A stretch of DNA of 64,000 nucleotides from Escherichia phage ukendt. Both the position numbers and the translations under genes were made by a program. Positions 1 through 8,008 of this stretch are shown here, in pieces. Numbering within the stretch: the stretch's first letter is position 1; each line of letters begins with the position of its first letter. Location of the stretch: the sequence record NC_052661.1; one strand, written 5' to 3'. The notes beneath the pieces are model-generated. The model was given only the letters and a program-made list of their open reading frames with translations, was not told where the DNA came from and did not search any database.

Positions 1-17
1 TTATTTCATAAAACCGC

Positions 18-77
18 TTGCAATACTGCAAAAATAAAGTAAACTATATTCATCAAGGCGGGGAATGGTCCGCCGCC
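18..77 (+). promoter_or_regulatory. sigma70-type promoter (TTGCAA/TAAACT) plus GC-rich hairpin at predicted transcript 5' end
   Basis: -35 at 18-23, -10 at 40-45, inverted repeat GGCGG..CCGCC 57-77, then RBS and ATG at 102. Confidence 0.5.
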
Positions 78-101
78 TAACAAAGAGAAGAGGAAAACAT
101 C

Positions 102-275
102 ATGATCACTTTCGCTACCCGTGAAGCCGCTCGCAACGTTGCACGTAAAGTTAACGCCGCCAACCTGGGCGCTACACTTAAAGCCCCGGTGAAAGATGAA
201 TCAGGCAAATGGATCTTCCCTGGTCTGCGTCATGCTGACAAGTTAGGTACTTTAAGCCTTAAAAATAATCGTTGA
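102..275 (+). CDS. hypothetical small protein (57 aa, MITFATREAARN...)
   Basis: ATG after RBS gaagaggaaaac; N-terminus MITFA shared with next ORF; below ORF-track size cutoff. Confidence 0.5.
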   Translation: MITFATREAARNVARKVNAANLGATLKAPVKDESGKWIFPGLRHADKLGTLSLKNNR

Positions 276-306
276 CTTTTCGTTATAGCGCCTTACAATG
301 GGCGCT
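272..306 (+). promoter_or_regulatory. promoter (TTGACT) with hairpin TAGCGCC-N7-GGCGCTA
   Basis: -35 TTGACT 272-277 overlaps stop of previous ORF; perfect 7-bp inverted repeat 286-306. Confidence 0.45.
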
Positions 307-342
307 ATAGAGAAGAGAAACCACTATTAACAAGGAAACATC

Positions 343-564
343 ATGATTACTTTTGCTATTGTCGCCGTTGTTGCTGGTCAGGTTTACGTAAATGATACAT
401 TCACCACAGAAGACAAGGCAGCAGGAGACATCACCGCCGCTTATAATGAGTGCAAGGCAGTAGAAAGGATGTTAGCGCCTTGTATGCTAATGAGTGAACG
501 CCAGGACGGAATAACAGTATTTACTAACATTGAAACAGGGTACCAAATGGTAGTAACAAAATAA
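343..564 (+). CDS. hypothetical small protein (73 aa)
   Basis: ORF track; RBS aaggaaa; N-terminal MITFA like ORF 102-275. Confidence 0.55.
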   Translation: MITFAIVAVVAGQVYVNDTFTTEDKAAGDITAAYNECKAVERMLAPCMLMSERQDGITVFTNIETGYQMVVTK

Positions 565-567
565 AGC

Positions 568-626
568 TTGACACCGATTTAATTTTTAGTAAACTGTTAC
601 ACGTAGGGCGGGAATAGTTCCCGCTC
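568..626 (+). promoter_or_regulatory. promoter TTGACA-N16-TAAACT plus hairpin GGGCGGG-AATAGTT-CCCGCTC
   Basis: -35 568-573, -10 590-595, hairpin 606-626. Confidence 0.6.
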
Positions 627-643
627 AAAAAGAGAGAAAGACC

Positions 644-997
644 ATGAAAGCACAAAATGCAATTAAAGAGTACATCCTTGCCGCTATCGATTTTAATGAT
701 TACGGTATTACAACCGAAAAAGAGAAGATCGCGGAATTGATGCGCCGTTTTAATTCCGAGTACTGGTACCCTGATAACCAATCACGTTTTAATTATAGTA
801 TTGTTAAAGCACTTGCATCATGGTTACAAGGCTTGCCATCAGATATCAATATCGCTTTCGAATATTGGGAAATTGATCGCCTGTTAACATCCTGGGGATA
901 CATTAAAGAGAATAGCAGCGATGATAAAATCCAACGAGAAAGGGAAAATTATTGGCTTTATATTGCAGGCGTGATCCTTGCTTGCTCTTATGAATGA
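644..997 (+). CDS. hypothetical protein (117 aa)
   Basis: ORF track; RBS agagagaaag 6 nt upstream. Confidence 0.55.
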   Translation: MKAQNAIKEYILAAIDFNDYGITTEKEKIAELMRRFNSEYWYPDNQSRFNYSIVKALASWLQGLPSDINIAFEYWEIDRLLTSWGYIKENSSDDKIQRERENYWLYIAGVILACSYE

Positions 998-1003
998 TAA
1001 ACC

Positions 1004-1056
1004 TTGACAATTTTACAAAACAGTTTAAATTAACAATATAGCGGCAATGGTGCCGC
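1004..1056 (+). promoter_or_regulatory. promoter TTGACA plus hairpin GCGGC-AATGGT-GCCGC
   Basis: -35 1004-1009; hairpin 1041-1056. Confidence 0.55.
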
Positions 1057-1076
1057 TCATATGAAGAGGAAACAAA

Positions 1077-1223
1077 ATGAATACATCTAATCGCGCAGAA
1101 AAAATTCAATCTTCCAAGATCCGCAAGGCCTGGAACGAGGAAGTGATCCGCAAAGGCGACAAGCGCAATAAAACAAAGCGCGGGAAGAGTGACAAATATA
1201 ATTGGATGGATTTAGAGGATTAA
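1077..1223 (+). CDS. hypothetical small basic protein (48 aa)
   Basis: ATG after RBS gaagaggaaac; Lys/Arg-rich; followed by intrinsic terminator. Confidence 0.45.
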   Translation: MNTSNRAEKIQSSKIRKAWNEEVIRKGDKRNKTKRGKSDKYNWMDLED

Positions 1224-1231
1224 CATAACAA

Positions 1232-1257
1232 GGGCGCATCAAGCGCCCTTTCTTTTT
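1232..1257 (+). terminator. rho-independent terminator GGGCGC-loop-GCGCCC-TTTCTTTTT
   Basis: GC stem plus T-tract; same sequence recurs at 5857-5882. Confidence 0.7.
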
Positions 1258-1278
1258 ACATGTAGAGGATAAACAAAA

Positions 1279-1464
1279 ATGATTTTAAACGAGCTTAAAA
1301 CAGCCTACAACGCAACATTAAAAATAGCCGTGCGTTACCGTGATGCGTACGGTTTTATCGCGCAGGGCGTGATCCTGGGCTTTTCTGACGATGGTTTGAT
1401 CTATGTTGATGCACATCACAACAAGGTTAAACCGGAAAACGTTATCAATATAAAATATCTTTAA
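1279..1464 (+). CDS. hypothetical protein (61 aa)
   Basis: ORF track; RBS agaggataaac. Confidence 0.5.
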   Translation: MILNELKTAYNATLKIAVRYRDAYGFIAQGVILGFSDDGLIYVDAHHNKVKPENVINIKYL

Positions 1465-1470
1465 AAGTGG

Positions 1471-1527
1471 TTGACACCATAACCGGACCTGTTAAACTGT
1501 ATTACATCAGGCGGGGAATAGTTCCCC
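1471..1527 (+). promoter_or_regulatory. promoter TTGACA-N16-TAAACT plus hairpin GGGG-AATAGTT-CCCC
   Basis: -35 1471-1476, -10 1493-1498, hairpin 1513-1527. Confidence 0.55.
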
Positions 1528-1550
1528 CACCATACAAAAAGGTAAATATT

Positions 1551-1757
1551 ATGATCACCGCAAAACAAGAAAAAATCATTATCGACGTTGCAGCCGTTGC
1601 CGCTATTGCTATTATTGGATCTTATTATGATACCCGTTTCCCGTCGGCTATGCATGAGATCGCCGCCGTTGCATCAGTCGGCGTGCTGTTTTACGTTGGT
1701 AAACGCTATTTATCACCAATGATTAACAAGCTGACACCGTGGAAAAATAAAGGTTGA
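1551..1757 (+). CDS. hypothetical small membrane protein (68 aa)
   Basis: In-frame ATG after RBS aaaaaggtaaat; track ORF from 1467 would span the promoter; two hydrophobic segments. Confidence 0.5.
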   Translation: MITAKQEKIIIDVAAVAAIAIIGSYYDTRFPSAMHEIAAVASVGVLFYVGKRYLSPMINKLTPWKNKG

Positions 1758-1808
1758 TCCTGTTTTATATTGTGTTATAGTTATCGTGTAGGGCGGCAAT
1801 GGTGCCGC
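1754..1808 (+). promoter_or_regulatory. promoter (TTGATC) plus hairpin GCGGC-AATGGT-GCCGC
   Basis: hairpin 1793-1808 preceded by GTAGG box. Confidence 0.5.
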
Positions 1809-1829
1809 GCCCCCTTTGAGGATGAAATC

Positions 1830-2114
1830 ATGAGTAAAGCTAACACCGTGCTAATGTTTTCCCTGATTAATGATCCCGCTTACTTGTCCAACATGACGCA
1901 GGAGGGTAACACATTAACGGCAACATTCACCAATAAGCTTGACCGAGTGATCATCATCTCACTGAAAACAGTTAGTAAAGGCTTTTACTCGTTAGCTTAT
2001 CATTGGATCACCGATACCGATGAGACAAGCCAGGACTATAGCGCCCCTTTCCCTGAATCAATGGCACGGGAGATCATCGCCGCCGTTGTAAATGATGGTT
2101 TGTTTACTGCATAA
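1830..2114 (+). CDS. hypothetical protein (94 aa)
   Basis: In-frame ATG after RBS tttgaggatgaa, downstream of hairpin; track ORF start 1770 lies inside the promoter. Confidence 0.5.
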   Translation: MSKANTVLMFSLINDPAYLSNMTQEGNTLTATFTNKLDRVIIISLKTVSKGFYSLAYHWITDTDETSQDYSAPFPESMAREIIAAVVNDGLFTA

Positions 2115-2131
2115 ATAATTTAGAAAAAGGC

Positions 2132-2188
2132 TTGCAATCATTTTGAGATAGTGTATATTTAATTCATAGGGCGGCGGGAATAGTTCCC
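2132..2188 (+). promoter_or_regulatory. promoter TTGCAA plus ATAGGGCGGCGGG-AATAGTT-CCC element
   Basis: -35 2132-2137; conserved box 2168-2188. Confidence 0.5.
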
Positions 2189-2211
2189 AAAGCAAACGAG
2201 AGGATTACACG

Positions 2212-2331
2212 ATGAGCAAGTACACAGTAGAATACACGGTAGAAAATCCGGCAGTATCCGAAGGTAAAAAGATGACATTTGCCATCAGTATAATCGCTTT
2301 CGTTGTCACTATCTTATCAATCATCTTATAA
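2212..2331 (+). CDS. hypothetical hydrophobic peptide (39 aa)
   Basis: ATG after RBS gagaggatta; C-terminal hydrophobic stretch. Confidence 0.35.
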   Translation: MSKYTVEYTVENPAVSEGKKMTFAISIIAFVVTILSIIL

Positions 2332-2341
2332 GGTGCACACC

Positions 2342-2503
2342 ATGAAAACAACAGATATTATCAAAGAGATCGCCCTTGCCGCTGGCGTTGAGATCGAGGA
2401 AGTGATCGCGCTCAATCTTACAGAAAACGATCTGCGCAACTATGAAGCGGAAAGCGTGAAAGCAAGCGGTGCGATCCTGGCATATAATCCGGCTAACAAG
2501 TAA
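2342..2503 (+). CDS. hypothetical small protein (53 aa)
   Basis: In-frame ATG after RBS taaggtg; track ORF begins upstream at 2303. Confidence 0.45.
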   Translation: MKTTDIIKEIALAAGVEIEEVIALNLTENDLRNYEAESVKASGAILAYNPANK

Positions 2504-2512
2504 GGGGATAAC

Positions 2513-2623
2513 ATGAATCCGAAAGATATGCAAGCATGGAAAGGGTACGACGATCTGAGCGCCTTGCGTAATAAGTCCAGCCGTAACCTTAGACGATTGC
2601 AAGCAAAGAAAAAGAAAAAATAG
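2513..2623 (+). CDS. hypothetical basic peptide (36 aa)
   Basis: ATG after RBS taaggggataac; Lys-rich C-terminus. Confidence 0.3.
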   Translation: MNPKDMQAWKGYDDLSALRNKSSRNLRRLQAKKKKK

Positions 2624-2624
2624 T

Positions 2625-2680
2625 TTGACAAGTCCGCTTAATCTGATAATATGTATCTTGTAGGGCGGCAATGGTGCCGC
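2625..2680 (+). promoter_or_regulatory. promoter TTGACA-N16-TAATAT plus hairpin GCGGC-AATGGT-GCCGC
   Basis: -35 2625-2630; hairpin 2665-2680. Confidence 0.6.
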
Positions 2681-2701
2681 TCACAAGAAGAGAGAAAAAT
2701 C

Positions 2702-2986
2702 ATGAAAATCACAAAAAGCCTAACTAATTATGCAGCACGTCGCGGATTATGTTTAACCGTTGAAAACTTAGGGAAAGAAGACTTTTTGTGTTTTTGGGAG
2801 CTTGAAAACGATTGCGAGTGGATGTTTTCCTATTCTATCTGCGAAGATCAAAACGGTTGTTTGTTAACCTGGCGCGGTAATATTTATTTACCGGAAGAAA
2901 TTAAAGAGGAATTACCAGGTACGATCATGACAGAGAGACAGCTTAAGGAAATGATTAATTTTGTAGGGCAAAACATTAAAAAATAA
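2702..2986 (+). CDS. hypothetical protein (94 aa)
   Basis: In-frame ATG after RBS agagagaaaaatc. Confidence 0.5.
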   Translation: MKITKSLTNYAARRGLCLTVENLGKEDFLCFWELENDCEWMFSYSICEDQNGCLLTWRGNIYLPEEIKEELPGTIMTERQLKEMINFVGQNIKK

Positions 2987-2987
2987 T

Positions 2988-3049
2988 TTGACAGCACGCA
3001 AACAACGTAGTAAAGTTTACCACATAGGGCGGCGGAATGGTCCACCGCT
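2988..3049 (+). promoter_or_regulatory. promoter TTGACA-N17-TAAAGT plus imperfect GGCGGCGG-AATGGT-CCACCGC hairpin
   Basis: -35 2988-2993; conserved CATAGGGCGG box. Confidence 0.55.
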
Positions 3050-3071
3050 CACAACAGAAGAGAAACAAATC

Positions 3072-3242
3072 ATGATCCCGACTATGTTTTATGTATCGCG
3101 CAAAGGTCACAATATTTTTTGGTCTGAAGATTTAAATGAAGCCATGACGTTTGCCCGTGATCGTGTTGCTATCGGTGGCGTTAACATCACCGTAACCGAT
3201 GAAAATGGCATTGAATACTATAACGGCGACGATGAAGAGTAA
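3072..3242 (+). CDS. hypothetical small protein (56 aa)
   Basis: In-frame ATG after RBS agaagagaaacaaatc. Confidence 0.45.
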   Translation: MIPTMFYVSRKGHNIFWSEDLNEAMTFARDRVAIGGVNITVTDENGIEYYNGDDEE

Positions 3243-3249
3243 TTAATGA

Positions 3250-3267
3250 GGCGGGGAGTACCCCGCC
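3250..3267 (+). promoter_or_regulatory. GC hairpin GGCGGGG-AGTA-CCCCGCC with no recognisable -35/-10
   Basis: perfect 7-bp stem right after stop of previous gene, before RBS of next. Confidence 0.4.
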
Positions 3268-3286
3268 GTCAATAAAGAGGTAAATC

Positions 3287-3556
3287 ATGAAAATATCATT
3301 GGACGTTGCAATCAAGGCCATCGAATCCGGTTACATCCTGGTAAAAGATGATAAGGCTAAAATAGTGCATCATGTTAACAAGGAAACAGGCGAGAGCATG
3401 ATCACATATAAAGCCGCCTACTTTCTCCAATCAGTAGCAGATCCGCGCGTACAACGCCAGGTTACAGCGGCTATTGCTAAAAAATTATGTGCTTTACAGG
3501 GTGCAAGTTTTAACGAGATTGCCCCGTGTTTTGAGTGGTCAAGCTTGAAAAAATAA
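3287..3556 (+). CDS. hypothetical protein (89 aa)
   Basis: ORF track; RBS aaagaggtaaatc. Confidence 0.55.
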   Translation: MKISLDVAIKAIESGYILVKDDKAKIVHHVNKETGESMITYKAAYFLQSVADPRVQRQVTAAIAKKLCALQGASFNEIAPCFEWSSLKK

Positions 3557-3557
3557 T

Positions 3558-3619
3558 TTGACAACAATTATAAATCGGGTAGAATGTATTTCGTAGGGCG
3601 GGGCAATAAGGCAACGCCC
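3558..3619 (+). promoter_or_regulatory. promoter TTGACA-N16-TAGAAT plus GGGCG..CGCCC hairpin
   Basis: -35 3558-3563; GTAGGGCGG box 3594-3619. Confidence 0.55.
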
Positions 3620-3634
3620 ATTAATGAGGGTAGA

Positions 3635-3742
3635 ATGATGTTAGAGAAAATTTTCACGGTTGTAATAGTGGGCCTGGCGTTATCGGTTGGAGTGGTTGCA
3701 ACTATGGCTAACATGATCCTATCTTCCCACGGTATCGGCTAA
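3635..3742 (+). CDS. hypothetical hydrophobic peptide (35 aa)
   Basis: ATG after RBS tgagggtaga; single predicted TM segment. Confidence 0.3.
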   Translation: MMLEKIFTVVIVGLALSVGVVATMANMILSSHGIG

Positions 3743-3752
3743 GGTGAAACAA

Positions 3753-3968
3753 ATGATCACGAATAAGACAGGTAAAACGGAATTTTTACGCGGCTTGCAA
3801 GTTGGTAAACCTGAGATCTGGCATTGTACTAAATCCGCGCATAATGAAATGAAAGATTTTACCGCTACTTTACAACGTGTTAAAATATCTATCACACAGA
3901 AAAAAGCCTTGTTAGTAGTAGAAAACGAGATCCCGCAAACTATTATTATTGTCGAGCGTACAGCATGA
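3753..3968 (+). CDS. hypothetical protein (71 aa)
   Basis: ATG after RBS aaggtga; track start 3744 is an upstream GTG. Confidence 0.45.
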   Translation: MITNKTGKTEFLRGLQVGKPEIWHCTKSAHNEMKDFTATLQRVKISITQKKALLVVENEIPQTIIIVERTA

Positions 3969-4351
3969 AAACAGAAATCATTATTGAAATCATCAACGGT
4001 TATAAAGAAGCCTTTATTTTTGCTGAATCAGCAAGGGATCATGAAGGTAATTTTATTGAAAACTTAGACGATTATGATTTTTCTCCTAGCGCGGACGAAC
4101 GGATCGCCCAGGATGTAACAGCCTTTATTAATGCTAATCTTGCCGCTATCTCTGAGGCAATGAGCGACGGCGCAACAGCCAACCAGATCGGGAATGATTT
4201 ACATTTTACCCGTAACGGTCACGGCGTAGGCTTTTGGGATCGCCCTGAAATATACACCACTAACACGGCGAACCGCCTAACCAATGCAGCTAAGTTTATG
4301 CCGAACGTGTCGGCTTACATTGGTGAAGATAATTTGATTTATATTGAATAA
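3965..4351 (+). CDS. hypothetical protein (128 aa)
   Basis: ORF track; ATGA start/stop overlap with upstream gene. Confidence 0.55.
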   Translation: MKTEIIIEIINGYKEAFIFAESARDHEGNFIENLDDYDFSPSADERIAQDVTAFINANLAAISEAMSDGATANQIGNDLHFTRNGHGVGFWDRPEIYTTNTANRLTNAAKFMPNVSAYIGEDNLIYIE

Positions 4352-4357
4352 AAAGTA

Positions 4358-4414
4358 TTGACACAGATCGCCAGTGTGCTAATATTTACCACGTAGGGCG
4401 GCAATGGTGCCGCC
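4358..4414 (+). promoter_or_regulatory. promoter TTGACA-N17-TAATAT plus hairpin GGCGGC-AATGGT-GCCGCC
   Basis: -35 4358-4363; perfect hairpin 4397-4414. Confidence 0.6.
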
Positions 4415-4432
4415 GATAATGAGGAAAGTAAA

Positions 4433-4732
4433 ATGGAAACTATCGCTATTGTTACCGTAGAAAAACTGGTTGTTGGTGATGTATTCGCGTTAATGGTGCC
4501 TAACAGCAGCAAGCTGGGCGCTTATGAAGTAATGGATCATAAAAATGAATCATTTGGCGACGGTTGCACAATGGCGGTAAAATCTTTAAAGGATGGAATT
4601 ATCCGCCAGGCTAACTGGCACAAAGGGAATCAAGTCGGTTTAATATCAGCTAATTTCTTGCCAGAAGAGCAAACGTTAGACCAACTATCAGGCGGTAAGA
4701 CGTTAGCCGAACTACTGGAAACAGCGATCTAA
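4433..4732 (+). CDS. hypothetical protein (99 aa)
   Basis: ORF track; RBS aatgaggaaagt. Confidence 0.55.
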   Translation: METIAIVTVEKLVVGDVFALMVPNSSKLGAYEVMDHKNESFGDGCTMAVKSLKDGIIRQANWHKGNQVGLISANFLPEEQTLDQLSGGKTLAELLETAI

Positions 4733-4740
4733 TCGACAAG

Positions 4741-4756
4741 GGGCGGCAACGCCCCC
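4741..4756 (+). promoter_or_regulatory. GC hairpin GGGGCG-GCAA-CGCCCC (tetraloop) with no promoter
   Basis: perfect 6-bp stem between two cistrons. Confidence 0.4.
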
Positions 4757-4785
4757 ATTAAACGCAATAGGAAGAGGATAGACAC

Positions 4786-5076
4786 ATGAAAAAGATGATC
4801 GCAGTAGTTGCCCTGGTTGTTGGTATTAACGCGCCTGTAATGGCGAAAGAGTTGCCAGAATCCATCACGTTAACCGATATCAACGCAATAAACCGGATCG
4901 GCGTTAATTATCGCCTATGCCTTGCCGCTAAAACTTTCCAGGACGGCACAACAGAGTACTACGGATTCGAGGGTACCCGCTGCGGTGAGCTTGCACGCGA
5001 CCTTAAGGAAGATCCAGACCTTGAGGCCATACCGATGACCGTAAACGGTAAAGCTTACGTAAACCGCCAACAATGA
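4786..5076 (+). CDS. hypothetical secreted protein (96 aa, N-terminal signal peptide)
   Basis: ORF track; MKKMIAVVALVVGINAPVMA signal-like N-terminus. Confidence 0.55.
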   Translation: MKKMIAVVALVVGINAPVMAKELPESITLTDINAINRIGVNYRLCLAAKTFQDGTTEYYGFEGTRCGELARDLKEDPDLEAIPMTVNGKAYVNRQQ

Positions 5077-5207
5077 GAAAGGTAATCATCACAATGGGGA
5101 TCGTAGTAGCAACGCTGGCGCTTATCCCCTTCATGGTTGAACATGTGCTGATCAGTGTTGTCCTTGTAGTCAGTGACCTATTGGAAACGGTTGGCACCTG
5201 GTTTTAA
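5073..5207 (+). CDS. hypothetical small membrane protein (44 aa)
   Basis: ATGA overlap with upstream stop; hydrophobic. Confidence 0.35.
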   Translation: MRKVIITMGIVVATLALIPFMVEHVLISVVLVVSDLLETVGTWF

Positions 5208-5222
5208 GATAATAAATAGGGC

Positions 5223-5280
5223 TTGCAATAGTCCTATTTTTTGTTATACTTATTGAACGGGCGGCACCTGGGAGCAGGGG
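5223..5280 (+). promoter_or_regulatory. promoter TTGCAA plus degenerate GGGCGGC box, no ORF immediately downstream
   Basis: -35 5223-5228; followed by about 120 nt without an ORF. Confidence 0.35.
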
Positions 5281-5381
5281 AAGATAATCACCGGAAGACC
5301 CCGCTATATATTGATAACTAACGCCTATCAAACAACAAAACATCAAAGGAACAAACTATCAAATCTTTACAATTCTACCTA

Positions 5382-5424
5382 TTGACACCGGATCACGCTT
5401 ACATTATTATTTATCACGTAGGGC
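5382..5424 (+). promoter_or_regulatory. promoter TTGACA with CACGTAGGGC box but no hairpin
   Basis: -35 5382-5387; box 5415-5424. Confidence 0.5.
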
Positions 5425-5456
5425 AAATCATTTTAAACGGTAAACGAGGAATCACC

Positions 5457-5840
5457 ATGAGCAATATCATCAACCTGGCAGCGACTGTAAACGGTAAAGA
5501 CTTTAACGGCGCTGTAGACCGTGATCCTATGTGGTGCTTGTCAGTGTTTAAAGGTGACTTGGTTGAAGTTAGAACAACCGAAGGGTATAGCGATGATTAT
5601 AAATGCGAGATCCATTTACATAACTGGTACACGGGTAAAACTTATGCGCTGAATCATGCGTTTATCGGCAAGGTTGAATATAGAGAAATGATCGACGATG
5701 AAACGGGGCAGGATTTTAGCGAAAACGTTTATATTCGTTCCGAGACATTAGCCGAACGTTTGATCGAGAAAATGAAAGCAAAAAATAAAATTAATTTATC
5801 TCATTGGATTGATATAACAAACGATCCAGCTTATCAGTAA
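5457..5840 (+). CDS. hypothetical protein (127 aa)
   Basis: In-frame ATG after RBS aacgaggaatcacc; track ORF from 5382 would span the promoter. Confidence 0.55.
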   Translation: MSNIINLAATVNGKDFNGAVDRDPMWCLSVFKGDLVEVRTTEGYSDDYKCEIHLHNWYTGKTYALNHAFIGKVEYREMIDDETGQDFSENVYIRSETLAERLIEKMKAKNKINLSHWIDITNDPAYQ

Positions 5841-5856
5841 ATAACATTTCATACCA

Positions 5857-5882
5857 GGGCGCACAAAGCGCCCTTTCTTTTT
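5857..5882 (+). terminator. rho-independent terminator, same sequence as 1232-1257
   Basis: GGGCGC-ACAAA-GCGCCC plus TTTCTTTTT. Confidence 0.7.
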
Positions 5883-5889
5883 GCCCGAA

Positions 5890-7370
5890 CAATGTTGATA
5901 GCTTTCGCCTATGAAAAACCGACACAGAACAAAACTGAATAAATCACGGTATCAAGCTAATCGACCATTAAACGAATAACCATACATCCCAGGGCAACAG
6001 GCTGTTAGAGAGCTATTTAGAGCGGTTAAAATCGATCAACAACCAACAACAAACCATCAAAAACACCCTTTTACCTCCTTTCTAGTGCAATGATAACCAT
6101 TATCATCTACCCATGATTATCTATGCAATATAAGCGCATAATTATAATGTTGATAATAGTTCGCAACAACTAACCAACAAACAACATAAAACAATAAGCA
6201 AACTAATCATAATCAAAGGAATAATAGCAAGATGATTGATAACGACAAACAATCAAACCATGATGAATACTAAGCAAAACAACGATAACACGACAAAACA
6301 ACCAACTAACGAACAATAACAAACGAAACCATTAAAATAACAACTATTAGCAAAATAGTGCCTAAATGAAATCATTACAAAACGAATCATTCACAGGATC
6401 ATCATTAGCACGCTATGCCGGACACATAGCGAGCTAATAATAAGCCAACTACACCCCAACAATCATAACCATCGGTGACGGTTATTTCTTGTTACTGCGT
6501 AGCTTGCAATAATTGCAAGCGTAATGACGCTTACACTTATTGCGCTGGCTTATTATTAGCATTATATGTAATTACCAAGATCATAACATTAGCGCAATAA
6601 CAATAATCATTGTGGTAATTACAAGATGAAATCATTAGCAAGATGAATAATTGCACGTAGCAACATGAGCGAATAGCGACAGGTTGCATAGTGTGCACAT
6701 AGTGTATAAACATACAAGAAAATAAAGGCTAATCTTTTGGGGGCGAATACTATCGCGTAGCGATATGTTGAGCACCTTCTCTTAAACGTAAATAAAATCA
6801 GAAAATTCTTGATTTATTTTAGTTTTTATGTTAATAAACGTTTAAATAATAATCATTCTCATATAAATAATAGTCTGCTTGTCATGAGCGGGATTAGTTG
6901 ACAATGTTCCGTCATATGATGAAGTTGCCAAACCATTGATAAATAAGTGTTTGTGTGATTTATAATCAAGTGGCCCACCTTGTCGCTATGTTGGCATGAG
7001 CCTTGCATAAGTCATTGAATACGAATGATAATTATTCTCATTCGCATGATATTTGGGAATTGTCGCTGCGTGGACCTGACGGCCCGAAAATTCGCGTTAA
7101 GCACTTCTTACGTATGCGCCATGATTTTTGCCATATGATATTGATTCTATTAGATATTCTTGCCATGAAACAAGGTGTGTCGAAATAATCTCTCCCCGTA
7201 GATATTTTGGGTTACTTTTTATACAAGAGTGGGGTGTCAAAAATAATCGGTATATATGGGATAATTGATAGGAATCCCCTATGGTAATTCGATTGTAATT
7301 CCTTAAGATTGATCGTATGATGTTGGTGATTGATGATTGCCATGAAAGATGGCTAACGATGAGAGGAGAT
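5890..7370. other. 1.5-kb ORF-free region: A+C-skewed tract (about 5930-6430), 19-bp palindrome GCTTGCAATAATTGCAAGC (6503-6521), ATCATTAGCA-like direct repeats
   Basis: no ORF with RBS; strong strand compositional asymmetry; palindromes and repeats read directly. Confidence 0.5.
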
Positions 7371-7374
7371 TGTC

Positions 7375-7749
7375 ATGCAAGAGAGTAAAAATATTCCGTT
7401 GAGTAGTGCAACATTGCTTCGCTTCTATAAAGCATGGATTGCCAACTATCCTGCAATGAATCGCACAACGAGTGGCTTATGTGGTTGTCTGGTAGATTAT
7501 GTAGATGATTTTGTTGGTGAGACAACTAGAGAAGAAGATAGAAGATGGCGTGATCATTTGTTGGACCGTTTGAAATATGAAATGAGGAAACAATTTACAT
7601 GTGCAGGGCTGGACTACAATCTTCCGTTCAATGCAGATTGCATGGATTACCTTTCAGAGTGTATAAACTTGGCGTGTCATACCAACACGTTACGTCTTCA
7701 ATGGGTGAAAGATCGGATTGAAGATGCAAATAATGCTTGCATTGAATAA
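7375..7749 (+). CDS. hypothetical protein, member 1 of WVKDR paralog family
   Basis: ORF track; RBS gagaggag; shares FY..W...GLC....PF....WVKDRI pattern with 11626, 14846, 18145, 19450. Confidence 0.6.
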   Translation: MQESKNIPLSSATLLRFYKAWIANYPAMNRTTSGLCGCLVDYVDDFVGETTREEDRRWRDHLLDRLKYEMRKQFTCAGLDYNLPFNADCMDYLSECINLACHTNTLRLQWVKDRIEDANNACIE

Positions 7750-7798
7750 AGATGTTTGTATAATGGATGACATAACAGATAGCCAATGAGGAGATGAA

Positions 7799-8008
7799 AT
7801 GAAGAATTTGAAAACTGTCACAATGTTCTTGACTGATCCTACACGTGTGCAAGCACTGGCTAAAGCCAGCCGTGTAGCTGTAGAATTCCAAAACTTTAAG
7901 CCGTCCGTTGTGACAGGCAGTGAAACGTGTGTTATCGATTTCATTAACGAATACTTCCGAGGGAATCCGGTTGGTCGTTACTTTATTAAGGGTCTGAAGG
8001 ATGCATAA
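7799..8008 (+). CDS. hypothetical protein (69 aa)
   Basis: ORF track; RBS gaggagatgaa. Confidence 0.5.
   Translation: MKNLKTVTMFLTDPTRVQALAKASRVAVEFQNFKPSVVTGSETCVIDFINEYFRGNPVGRYFIKGLKDA

Noticed and set aside
524-781. Minus-strand ORFs in the ORF track overlapping plus-strand genes in the first 24 kb (for example 524-781, 2321-2671, 5003-5197, 7628-8020, 7986-8381, 9283-9618, 12930-13250, 13643-14050)
   Set aside because: They are antisense to ORFs that have RBSs, promoters and conserved architecture, lack RBSs themselves, and many are low-complexity; treated as spurious.
1467-1757. Long N-terminal extensions of track ORFs (1467, 1770, 2651, 2988, 5382 and others) that run through the promoter-hairpin cassettes
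   Set aside because: The extensions would place coding sequence across the -35/-10 and hairpin; an in-frame ATG with a good RBS lies just downstream of the hairpin in each case, so the shorter ORF was annotated.
1-5900. Considered whether the repeated GC hairpins form a CRISPR array
   Set aside because: Spacing is irregular (about 300-500 bp), the units coincide with promoters and RBSs of genes, and the repeats are not identical direct repeats with short spacers.
7003-7188. 61-aa ORF inside the 5.9-7.4 kb ORF-free region
   Set aside because: No RBS, lies in a repeat- and palindrome-rich tract, atypical composition; likely chance ORF.
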